Of a stretch of DNA of 62,386 nt, positions 17,658-25,842 are shown one piece after another; within the stretch, counting starts at the first letter, position 1, and every line of letters begins with the position of its first letter. The notes below the pieces were generated by a model. That model searched no databases. It saw nothing but the letters and a program-made list of their open reading frames with translations, and was not told the DNA's origin. Both the position numbers and the translations under genes were made by a program. The DNA lies in assembly GCA_964399575.1 (NCBI GenBank), contig CAYNRI010000004.1:1-62386 (forward strand), read 5' to 3'. Source of the DNA: an uncultured Rikenellaceae bacterium. Lineage in GTDB: Bacteria; Bacteroidota; Bacteroidia; Bacteroidales; VadinHA17.

Positions 17658-19811
17658 TTATTGATATTTTTCAACCACTTCTATCACCTCTGGAAAATCC
17701 ATTCCTATTTTTTTCAGGAATTCAATTGTTGGAACACCGTTACTATTCCAGCCCCTTCTTCTGTACACTGCATCCTGGAGTTTTTCGTACTGGTCTTCAC
17801 GGTATTTCCTCAGTATCTTCATTTTTTCCTCAGTAGTCATTCCTTCCGGATCCACTCCCACTTTTTCCTTCAATTGCTTATCATATCTTTCGGCACGAGA
17901 TTCATATTCAGCTTTTGTGACCGGCCCGGCAGCCCGGTAAGGCTGTCTGTCGTTGATCCTTTTTCCGTATCCCCTTCTTATGTTGAACACCCTCTGAAAA
18001 CTATAAACCCTTTCTGAGTCTTCAACAAGTCTTTCCCTGCTGAACTCCCGTCCTGTTACAGCTTTGTATATAGTCACATAATTATCGACATGTTCGGGGA
18101 CTTTAGCAGGTTCGTCAGTCTGTGCATTGCTTTCCGGTTCTACATCGTTCCATGGCAGCTTGCAGAGGCCCACAAGGCCGAACCAGGTCCTGAACATCGG
18201 AAAATAGTGAAGAGCTTCAGCTTTATTCTCAAAGGTAGGGATCTGGTTATTGACCATATCCATGAAGATCAGCCATGCTTCATCGTGCTGGGGACCTTTA
18301 TTTGTCAGTCCGAATCCTCCCTGTTGTGCAAGTGATTCCTTTGGCATATACTGTGAATATTCAAGCCCTTTCTGTTCCATTGCAATATCGTTAAGGAAGC
18401 CGGCATCGCCCCATTCGTTTCTGATGAACAGCTCTTTCATCTTTCTCACACCCTGGCCGGCTATGATCCCGAATCCTTCACCCCTGGCCAGCTGGTGCAG
18501 GAGTTCCAGGGCATCCCCGGAATTTCCGAATCTCAGTTCGAGTCCTCCGGTCCTTTCGGTATTAAGTATGCCATTCTCAAAGCACTCCATTATGAAAGCC
18601 ATGCTTGTGCTCCATGTTATTGTGCAGATGCCGTAGGTATCACAATAGAAGTTTGTTTCGATAATGTAATCCGGATCGAATATCCCGGAGTTTGCACCCA
18701 GTCCGGCTGCGTTTTCATATTCCGGGCCATCAACAATTACTTTATGTCCGGCATAGGGACCTGTTTTTATCTCATAATCATCGATCCCTTTGGTGCACGA
18801 CATATTGCATCCTATCCAGCAACCGTCGGGGATATTCTGGGTAAAATGACTTTTCCACACTGATGAATCGATCTTCCATGCATCGGGGTGGCTGCCATAC
18901 TGGTAATTCATTACGGGAAGCAGGTCGTGGTCGTTCATTATCTCCATAAGGTGGGCTGTTCCCACCTGGCGCATCTGGCATTGCTCGTCGTCAAGTTCGC
19001 GTATTTCCCGGTTGAATCTTTTACCTCTCTCAATTATTGCCTCAAGGTCAACCACATTATTAAGGTTCCCTTTCACTCCCGGGATCTTGCAAACGAGGGC
19101 CCGAATTTTTTTATTCCTGAAAACTGTTCCGATTCCTCCGCGTCCGGCTTGTTTCAGCCTGATCTTTTTTCTTCTCGGGTCATAGAAGCTGAAGTTAAGC
19201 ATCCCGATGAGAGAATTATCGGCTGCAGAACCGGTTGAGACAATCCCGATATTTTTCTTTTCATCTTCACTGTCAGCAAAAATACCGGTAAGCTGTTCAA
19301 CAAGCACATGGCTGTCGGGAGCAGCATCAGGAGCTTCGTACAACTCAACTTTATGGTTTATCCCGTCGATGAATATTATCACATCTTTTTCAGCTTTCCC
19401 CTGCAGTTCGAGGGCATCGAAGCCCGAGAATTTCAGGAAAGGACCGAAGAAGCCCCCAACGTTACTGTCCATTACAGAGTTGGTCTGAGGAGAAATACTC
19501 ACTACAAGTGATTTACCAGTACCGGAATACTGGGTTATCCCTCCTATCGGTCCTGACGAAATTATTATTTCATTTTCCGGATCGTCCCATTTTGTATCAG
19601 GAGAAGTGGCATCCCAGAGAAGGCGGAGGCCATAGCCTTTTCCTCCAATGAATTTTTCTTTCATAACAGGAGGTACATCTTTTTCTTTTATCTCCGCGGT
19701 TCCGGCGTTTACATAAAGGATTTTATCGGTGTAGCCCCTGCTCAGAGGAGTCCACACGTATTCCCAACTCTTAATAAGCCGGTAATTAATCTTTTTCGGA
19801 TCTTTATCCAT
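17658..19811 (-). CDS. Aldehyde:ferredoxin oxidoreductase (AOR) family tungstopterin enzyme, long form (717 aa)
   Basis: AOR N-terminal domain (GYTDKILYVNAGTAEI...FIGGKGYGLRLLWD), a central Cys cluster (DGCWIGCNMSC) and the C-terminal AOR domains. Followed 58 nt later by the transporter and cofactor genes. Confidence 0.85.
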   Translation of the reverse strand: MDKDPKKINYRLIKSWEYVWTPLSRGYTDKILYVNAGTAEIKEKDVPPVMKEKFIGGKGYGLRLLWDATSPDTKWDDPENEIIISSGPIGGITQYSGTGKSLVVSISPQTNSVMDSNVGGFFGPFLKFSGFDALELQGKAEKDVIIFIDGINHKVELYEAPDAAPDSHVLVEQLTGIFADSEDEKKNIGIVSTGSAADNSLIGMLNFSFYDPRRKKIRLKQAGRGGIGTVFRNKKIRALVCKIPGVKGNLNNVVDLEAIIERGKRFNREIRELDDEQCQMRQVGTAHLMEIMNDHDLLPVMNYQYGSHPDAWKIDSSVWKSHFTQNIPDGCWIGCNMSCTKGIDDYEIKTGPYAGHKVIVDGPEYENAAGLGANSGIFDPDYIIETNFYCDTYGICTITWSTSMAFIMECFENGILNTERTGGLELRFGNSGDALELLHQLARGEGFGIIAGQGVRKMKELFIRNEWGDAGFLNDIAMEQKGLEYSQYMPKESLAQQGGFGLTNKGPQHDEAWLIFMDMVNNQIPTFENKAEALHYFPMFRTWFGLVGLCKLPWNDVEPESNAQTDEPAKVPEHVDNYVTIYKAVTGREFSRERLVEDSERVYSFQRVFNIRRGYGKRINDRQPYRAAGPVTKAEYESRAERYDKQLKEKVGVDPEGMTTEEKMKILRKYREDQYEKLQDAVYRRRGWNSNGVPTIEFLKKIGMDFPEVIEVVEKYQ

Positions 19812-19896
19812 ATGTTTTCCTTTGTTTCCGGAAATTAGAATAACTGATATAAAGTTACATTTTCTATCAGAAATTCAGTATGATAATAATCAGTTT

Positions 19897-20062
19897 GTGG
19901 GAAGGGGCGGGAAGCGTGAAGTGGTGAGCTATGAGCTGTGAGTGATGAAGCACTGGGTTTCAAATTCCCCCTTTGAAGGTTGGAGCGAAGCGGAAATCTG
20001 CGAGATCTGCGGGAAAAATCTTAAGTTCCTGTGATTGTTGTTCTGCGCCGTAACGCCTACGT
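19897..20062. repeat. G/C-rich short-motif island 1, in the divergent gap between the AOR and thiF-like genes
   Basis: Contains GGGAAGGGGCGGGAAG, degenerate GTGAAG/GTGAG/GATGAAG units, ATTCCCCCTTTGAAGG (19964-19979), ATCTGCG x2 and GCCGTAACGCC (20047-20057). These motifs recur in three other intergenic gaps. Confidence 0.6.
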
Positions 20063-20122
20063 CTTGTATATAGCTAAAAAGCTTCATACCTTTAGCATTT
20101 AGCGGATCTGTATAAAAGGAGA

Positions 20123-20728
20123 ATGAGATCATCAGATATCAGAAATCATCTTTCCCGTTTCAGGGTAGGGATTGCCGGTGCCGGAGGACTAGGCTCAAAC
20201 TGTTCTGCCGCTCTGGCCAGGAGCGGCGTGGGGACACTGGTGATCTGTGATTTTGACGTTGTTGAACCGGCTAATCTGAACCGGCAATATTATTTCATCA
20301 GCCAGATCGGAACCCTGAAAACTATCGCCCTGAAGGAAAGTATCGCCAGAATTAATCCGGATATTGTGATACTTGCTTATACAGAAAAACTTACCAGGGC
20401 AAACATTCCCAAGATCTTCAGCGGATGCGACATTATAGTCGAGGCTTTCGACAGAGACGAAATGAAAGAGATGATCATCGAGACTGTCCAGTCGGAGATG
20501 CCCGGCGTTCCTCTTATAGTGGGATCAGGCGTTGCAGGATGGGGCAACAGCGATTCTGTCAGATGCAGGAAGATTGATGATACTCTTTATGTATGCGGCG
20601 ACGAATCTACAGAGGTAAGCGAGGACCATCCACCTATGGCACCAAGAGTGGGAATTGTTGCCAATATGCAGGCCGATATCGTAGTAGAACTGTTAATGAA
20701 GAAATCAAGCGACTATTTCAGGCAATGA
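20123..20728 (+). CDS. ThiF/MoeB-type E1-like adenylyltransferase, short form (thiF family 2-like)
   Basis: Rossmann motif GIAGAGGLGS, then D.D.VE.ANLNRQ. Roughly 200 aa, with no rhodanese domain. Confidence 0.8.
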   Translation: MRSSDIRNHLSRFRVGIAGAGGLGSNCSAALARSGVGTLVICDFDVVEPANLNRQYYFISQIGTLKTIALKESIARINPDIVILAYTEKLTRANIPKIFSGCDIIVEAFDRDEMKEMIIETVQSEMPGVPLIVGSGVAGWGNSDSVRCRKIDDTLYVCGDESTEVSEDHPPMAPRVGIVANMQADIVVELLMKKSSDYFRQ

Positions 20729-20928
20729 AAATAATCCTGAATAACAGAGTTGAGATACTCCCCGGAGAAACATTGACTGTCAGCGGGATGCTGCTGCTGA
20801 AAAAATTTTCATATAAAATGAGGATAATCAAGATCAACGGTTTACTGGTGACAAAAGACAAATACGAAACAACACTGATAAAAGAAGGAGACAATGTCCA
20901 GATGCTTTATCTTATGAGCGGCGGATAA
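20725..20928 (+). CDS. ThiS/MoaD-type ubiquitin-like sulfur carrier (67 aa, C-terminal GG)
   Basis: MKIILNNRVEILPGETLTVSGMLL...IKEGDNVQMLYLMSGG followed by a stop. The ATG at 20725 overlaps the thiF-like stop (ATGA). The longer track ORF from 20593 overlaps thiF out of frame and was not used. Confidence 0.7.
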   Translation: MKIILNNRVEILPGETLTVSGMLLLKKFSYKMRIIKINGLLVTKDKYETTLIKEGDNVQMLYLMSGG

Positions 20929-20954
20929 AAAAAAAGTTATAGCTTTGCATCATA

Positions 20955-21293
20955 ATGATCAGGTTCAGGTACATAGATAAAATACCCGTTATTTTCAGGA
21001 ATAAGTATTTCCTTACAATCCTTGTATTTCTTATCTGGATCATCCTAATGGATTCAAATAATCTGCTTTCCCGTGTCAAAGAGATCCGCGAGCTGCGAAA
21101 GCTGAAAAGCGATAAGGAGTACTATACAAATAAGATAGAGGAAGATCAGAGTAAGCTCAGAGAGCTGAAAACAGATAACCATAACCTCGAGAAGTTTGCC
21201 AGGGAACAGTACCGGATGAAAAAACCTGATGAAGATCTCTTTATTGTTCTTACCCCCCGCGAAGACAGGCAGATAAACCGAAAGAATAAATAA
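20955..21293 (+). CDS. Septum formation initiator (FtsB/DivIC family)
   Basis: One TM helix, a coiled coil, and the ..FAREQY.MKKP.EDLF.. ending typical of this family. Confidence 0.7.
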   Translation: MIRFRYIDKIPVIFRNKYFLTILVFLIWIILMDSNNLLSRVKEIRELRKLKSDKEYYTNKIEEDQSKLRELKTDNHNLEKFAREQYRMKKPDEDLFIVLTPREDRQINRKNK

Positions 21294-21306
21294 TCTGCAG
21301 CTTCCG

Positions 21307-22578
21307 TTACCTGAGACTTATCCCTCTTTCCAGCCTCCGGTAAGTCATCAGCACATCATAAGGATTATGTTCAGGCTCAGGGATACCAGTTAGTGAAAGC
21401 AGTTCTGTTGCCGCTTCTGTTACCGGTTGTTTTCTGAAAATGTCAGAATGCACATGGTTTATATACCTGACGATCATTAACATATTGAACCACCCGAAGA
21501 ATCGTTTCCTGAATGATACCACGCCTGCAGTGTTTGATCTGATACCGGATATCTGCACTGTCCATCCTTCTTCACTTATAAATGATCTTATGCCTTCCGG
21601 TAATTCCTTATAATACTTCCTCAGCTGATCAATCTCAGTATCAAAAAGAAATTCAATATTATCAAAGAGTGATCTTAGTTCCTTGAATGCATTTATATTA
21701 TATGTCAGGAAATCCTGTCCGGGATTTTCGATGAATTTTGTCATTGCGGCCCCGGTTCCGAAAGGTGCCCGGGATGATGCCCTCGGTGAAGGATAAACGG
21801 TTGTTGTATTAAGTGAAAAGAAACCTCCCTGCGGGACTATCTTCTGAATGAAATAGAAATCCTCCCCTGCCCTCCTCCTGTTCATGCCTCCGGCTTTCAT
21901 GTAATCGAGTGCCTTTACAGCCAATGCCGAACCTATTGTATGAAAAGGATAAGGAAAGCCAGAATAGCTAAGTCCTTTTACATAATACCTCATATGCAAC
22001 TCATACAGGATTATATAACGATAATTAATTTGAGGATACTCATCGCCTTCAAGGAGATGCTCGAAATAAATTGAACAGGCTGTCCTTTCCTTTTTTACCA
22101 ACAGCTCATCAAAGATCGATGTGAAATAATTTTCCTCTACTGTGCAATCTGCATCCAGGCTCACTATAACGCCACCGGGTTTGTCAATCTCATCAAACCG
22201 TCGTAATGCCTCGTCCATCCCTGTCTTTCTGGCCATTCCGGCACCCCATTCGAGCAGAGATGAGAGACCTGCATCAAAGACAAGAGTCCGGAAAAAGCAA
22301 TTACTATTTCCCTTCTTCCAGTTGTCAATCCTGCTTATGCATAATTTGTTATTAAAGATACTCTCCGGACTTGCATCCTGCCTGGCATTCACAATGATGA
22401 TTATCTCTGCCTTGCATCCTGGTTCACTGCATTGTGAGAGGCTGTCGAGGAGTGTAGTAATACCCGGTTCATTGAAAGCAGGCACAACGACTATTATGCC
22501 TGTATCCTTATCAGGTAATTCTTCGAAAATAAGCGGAAAAAGGGCCCTTTTTTCAAGCCACGATGTGGCAAAACCCAT
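21307..22578 (-). CDS. Family 2 glycosyltransferase
   Basis: VVVPAFNEP...IIIIVNA...SLDADC (DxD-type) GT-A fold motifs. Confidence 0.65.
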   Translation of the reverse strand: MGFATSWLEKRALFPLIFEELPDKDTGIIVVVPAFNEPGITTLLDSLSQCSEPGCKAEIIIIVNARQDASPESIFNNKLCISRIDNWKKGNSNCFFRTLVFDAGLSSLLEWGAGMARKTGMDEALRRFDEIDKPGGVIVSLDADCTVEENYFTSIFDELLVKKERTACSIYFEHLLEGDEYPQINYRYIILYELHMRYYVKGLSYSGFPYPFHTIGSALAVKALDYMKAGGMNRRRAGEDFYFIQKIVPQGGFFSLNTTTVYPSPRASSRAPFGTGAAMTKFIENPGQDFLTYNINAFKELRSLFDNIEFLFDTEIDQLRKYYKELPEGIRSFISEEGWTVQISGIRSNTAGVVSFRKRFFGWFNMLMIVRYINHVHSDIFRKQPVTEAATELLSLTGIPEPEHNPYDVLMTYRRLERGISLR

Positions 22579-22583
22579 TAGTT

Positions 22584-23186
22584 TTATTTTTTACCAACCC
22601 TGTATTTGTTGTTCAGGGCTTCAGTAACCTTATCTGTAATATCCAGCGCACTGTCGCCGTAAAGCACCACGCTTCCGAAGGTTTTCCCCAGTATATACTG
22701 GTAGTTGTATTCTGATTTGTTCTCTTCGAGGTAAGATGTGATATATTCTATTATCTGTCTGTTCATCACCTGTTCTTCTTCCATCAGATTGGTTTGAAGA
22801 TTGTCGCGTAGTGTTACAAGCTCCTGTTGCTGTTGAAGAAGCGACTGTTCCATCTCAGCTGCTGTAGCCCTTGTAACAAGTCCTTTGTTCACCTTATCCT
22901 GAAAATCCCTTGCGTTTCTCTCGTACTGGCTTCCTTTTGAATTAAGCTCAGCTTCAGCTTTTTTCTGCTTTTCCACAAGATCTTCTCTCCTGTCGAAGAA
23001 CATATCGAAATTAAAGATAACTGAATCGATGTTTACATATGCTATTCCCTGAGCTTCAGACTGTACTGTTGCAAAGTCTCCATCTGAACCTTGTTTACTT
23101 TTACCCTTACCGGTAAAATGGAGAACATAAAGAAACGCTGTTGCAAGAAATAATGCTGAAAACAGGACTATGGTAATTTTCTTCAT
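22584..23186 (-). CDS. OmpH/Skp-family periplasmic chaperone-like protein
   Basis: Signal or anchor sequence MKKITIVLFSALFLA, a long coiled coil and an OmpH-like C-terminus. The track start at 23210 is TTG; the first ATG is at 23186. Confidence 0.7.
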   Translation of the reverse strand: MKKITIVLFSALFLATAFLYVLHFTGKGKSKQGSDGDFATVQSEAQGIAYVNIDSVIFNFDMFFDRREDLVEKQKKAEAELNSKGSQYERNARDFQDKVNKGLVTRATAAEMEQSLLQQQQELVTLRDNLQTNLMEEEQVMNRQIIEYITSYLEENKSEYNYQYILGKTFGSVVLYGDSALDITDKVTEALNNKYRVGKK

Positions 23187-23316
23187 CACGATTTTTTTTT
23201 TATTAAACAAAAGTCACGCGCAAATATAAAAAAATTAACAAACAGGCGCGCAACTGACTGTAAATAATTATAAAAAGCAAAATTGTTAATATGCTCAGGG
23301 ATTGAGGTAGTAGAAG

Positions 23317-24315
23317 CTAAAATTCCGGGCAGGGGATAGCTCTTATCCTCTTTTTCTGTGATCCCATTGTAAATGAAGTAAACTCGTATACAAGAGAAAC
23401 TTCATGAGCTCCTGCTGTCGAACTGATAAGGTTAGATATTGTAAAATCGTAGCTGTATCCAATGTGCAGGTTGTCTGATTTAAATCCGATCAGGCCGATT
23501 ATTGCATCTCCTGCCTGGGATGTCATGAAAGGAATTCCACGGTACCATAATCCGAATATCAACGGGCTTTTGAAGTAATATAATCCTACGTCAGTCTGGT
23601 AGAATTTAGCCTGTTTCTGAAAATTCATTGCTATAGACAGTGTTTCCTGAAGTTTTACTCTGAGACGGGTTTTTTTAATAAGCTGAATACCTCCGAAAAG
23701 GTTGAATTTGATAGGAACATTGGCATCATCTCCGTAAAATGAAGTTTTTGGGACAAGGAGGTGATCAAGCGTGAATCCTGCCCATATGCGGTCGTTATAC
23801 ACGAGTGCCGATGTTGCAAAATCAACGTCAGCTACATTGTCGAATGGCGGAGGATATACTGAAGGAGATGTTCCGCTGCCTGTAAGCTGGCTGTTGAAGA
23901 TCAGTTTATAGATGTCGAGCCCCAGATAATAGAACTTGAAATGAACGCCCGGTCTGATATGCCAGTCATTGCTTATGTTGAAATCGTAAGAATACAGCAA
24001 TCCAATATTAGTGGTACTCAGTTCACCCGATCCGGCCACATCGTAGGAGGCAAGGATCCCGAAGCCTGAATTAAAATTGGGCATTGCCTTATCAAATGAT
24101 ACGCTGTAAGTATGGAACACACCCGGAACAGCCGGCCATTGATTCCTGTAATTCAACCCCAGTCTGTATTCCTCTGTAGCACCGGCAAAAGAAGGCGCCA
24201 GATAGAGTGGATTCGCATAAAACTGCGAAAATGTAGGGTCCTGGCCGTAACTATCGAGAAAAAGGATAAATGACAGTAGAGCTATATATTTAATCCTCTT
24301 AAACAAAGTTTTCAC
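23317..24315 (-). CDS. PorP/SprF-family T9SS outer-membrane protein
   Basis: GQDPTFSQFYANPLYLAPSFAG....RLGLNYRNQW is the hallmark PorP/SprF N-terminus, followed by a beta-barrel-like remainder. GTG start at 24315. Confidence 0.8.
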   Translation of the reverse strand: MKTLFKRIKYIALLSFILFLDSYGQDPTFSQFYANPLYLAPSFAGATEEYRLGLNYRNQWPAVPGVFHTYSVSFDKAMPNFNSGFGILASYDVAGSGELSTTNIGLLYSYDFNISNDWHIRPGVHFKFYYLGLDIYKLIFNSQLTGSGTSPSVYPPPFDNVADVDFATSALVYNDRIWAGFTLDHLLVPKTSFYGDDANVPIKFNLFGGIQLIKKTRLRVKLQETLSIAMNFQKQAKFYQTDVGLYYFKSPLIFGLWYRGIPFMTSQAGDAIIGLIGFKSDNLHIGYSYDFTISNLISSTAGAHEVSLVYEFTSFTMGSQKKRIRAIPCPEF

Positions 24316-24492
24316 GTTAGGTTTACTGAAGACGAAAATACTTAAATCATTTCACAATTCACTACAATTAAACGGAATTTATAACCAAAAGTGACACAAC
24401 CCGGAGCTTTTTTTAAATATCCGTATCAGAAAAATATTTTGATTTATATTTAGCAGGAACTGAGACTGGCTTATAATGAGGACTCCAGAATA

Positions 24493-25824
24493 TTACATAA
24501 AGTCCTTCAGGAGGGTGACATCACCCATTTTAGTAAAAGGTTCCCTGTTGATAAAATTTCCGCGTACTTTCCAGATATATACGCCGGGCTCGCATAGCTG
24601 GCTGTTGTAGTATCCATCCCAGCCTATGTTGATATCATTACTTTCGAAAATAAGCAGCCCCATTCTGCTGAAGATCTTCAGCTGGTACTCCGAGACGCCA
24701 TCTGCCTGCGGATGGAAAACCCTTGCAGATTCATCGCTTTTTGCTGAATAATAGCCATCTGACGGTCCTTCCGGATTTGGTATGAAGGCGTTCGGAAATT
24801 CAATAAAATATTTCTCCCTATTAAAAGCATTCTCAACTACAAGCGTGTCATAACACCCGTTTTCCGATATTGCCACCAGCTTGATAGTATAACTACCTTC
24901 TTTTTTATATGAATGTCCGGGCTCGTTCATTTCCGACGTGCTCCCGTCTCCAAAGATCCATTTGAATCTATCCGCCCCTGTCGAATAATTGTAAAAGGTA
25001 ACATTTTCTTCAGGCTGAACCTCATCGGCATGAACGATCTCAAAGCGTGCAACAGGTACCGGGTGGACTCTTATAGTGCACGAAGAAACTGCTTTCAGAA
25101 TCCCGGAATTATAAAGTCCAAGGCTTACCTCATATTCACCGGGAAAGTCAAATATCCATTCCGGTTCTCTTTCTTCTGAATAACCTCCATCTCCAAAAGC
25201 CCATCTGAATGATTCATAAGATGATGATATATTTGTAAATCTGACTTTTAAAGGAGAACAACCTTCAAACACTGAGGGTATTATTTCATCACTGAGCTGT
25301 TTAACTCCTTTCAGTCTGTCCTTTTCACCCAGATTCTCATTAAAAAATGCCTTATAGCGATTTATATCCGTATCCGTTCGTGAAGGAACTGCCAGTCTTT
25401 GATCAGGGGTTATCCTGCTATTGCCCTTAACAGTGCTTATCTGTGCCGAAACGAACGGTATTCCCCTGCCAGCCGACTGCTCCTGCATCCATGTCACATC
25501 GCTTTCAATAGTAACCCTTGATCCCTCCTCGGCATATTCAGGATCTGAAATGATGTTATTAATCACTGAAGATGTTATATCGGGTCTGCTGTCCTCATTT
25601 TTTTTCTGGCCTGAGAGCAGAACTAAAGCGATTGCAGCACCTGCCATTGCCACTCCGCATGCATACCAAACATTGAATTTAGAGGGAATAAAATGAAAGA
25701 ACTCTCTCACAGCAAGTCTTCGCATAAGATCGCTTCCTGCCGAAGATGAAGGCATAACCTCAGCATTTTCAAGCTTATGCCTGAATAATTCCCTGAATGC
25801 CCTATCGTCTTTTTTACCTTTCAC
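24493..25824 (-). CDS. Membrane-anchored PKD-repeat protein with a T9SS type-B C-terminal sorting domain
   Basis: Roughly 50-aa N-terminal segment, one TM helix (VWYACGVAMAGAAIALVLL), two PKD-like repeats (FTNISS...W.FGDGG; FYNYSTG...W.FGDGS) and a C-terminal FPNAFIPN...W.G......PGVY.W motif (gliding-motility CTD). GTG start. Confidence 0.75.
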   Translation of the reverse strand: MKGKKDDRAFRELFRHKLENAEVMPSSSAGSDLMRRLAVREFFHFIPSKFNVWYACGVAMAGAAIALVLLSGQKKNEDSRPDITSSVINNIISDPEYAEEGSRVTIESDVTWMQEQSAGRGIPFVSAQISTVKGNSRITPDQRLAVPSRTDTDINRYKAFFNENLGEKDRLKGVKQLSDEIIPSVFEGCSPLKVRFTNISSSYESFRWAFGDGGYSEEREPEWIFDFPGEYEVSLGLYNSGILKAVSSCTIRVHPVPVARFEIVHADEVQPEENVTFYNYSTGADRFKWIFGDGSTSEMNEPGHSYKKEGSYTIKLVAISENGCYDTLVVENAFNREKYFIEFPNAFIPNPEGPSDGYYSAKSDESARVFHPQADGVSEYQLKIFSRMGLLIFESNDINIGWDGYYNSQLCEPGVYIWKVRGNFINREPFTKMGDVTLLKDFM

Positions 25825-25842
25825 CTGTATTTTAACTTCTTT

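Noticed and set aside
19812-20122. A TPP or Moco/Wco riboswitch upstream of the thiF/thiS-like pair or the AOR operon.
   Set aside because: I looked for the conserved cores: CUGAGA plus a pyrimidine-sensor helix for TPP, and a CCUCCGAG-type core for Moco. I found neither on either strand. A covariance-model scan (Rfam RF00059, RF01055) would settle it.
19929-20132. 67-aa minus-strand ORF in the AOR/thiF divergent gap.
   Set aside because: It is made almost entirely of the G/C-rich repeat island, has no signal or motif, and overlaps the thiF-like start. I treat it as a non-coding repeat.
20593-20724. N-terminal 44 codons of the track ORF 20593-20928.
   Set aside because: This part overlaps the 3' end of the thiF-like gene out of frame and is Arg/Gly-rich. 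The ATG at 20725 gives a canonical 67-aa ThiS/MoaD-size protein with an ATGA stop-start overlap.
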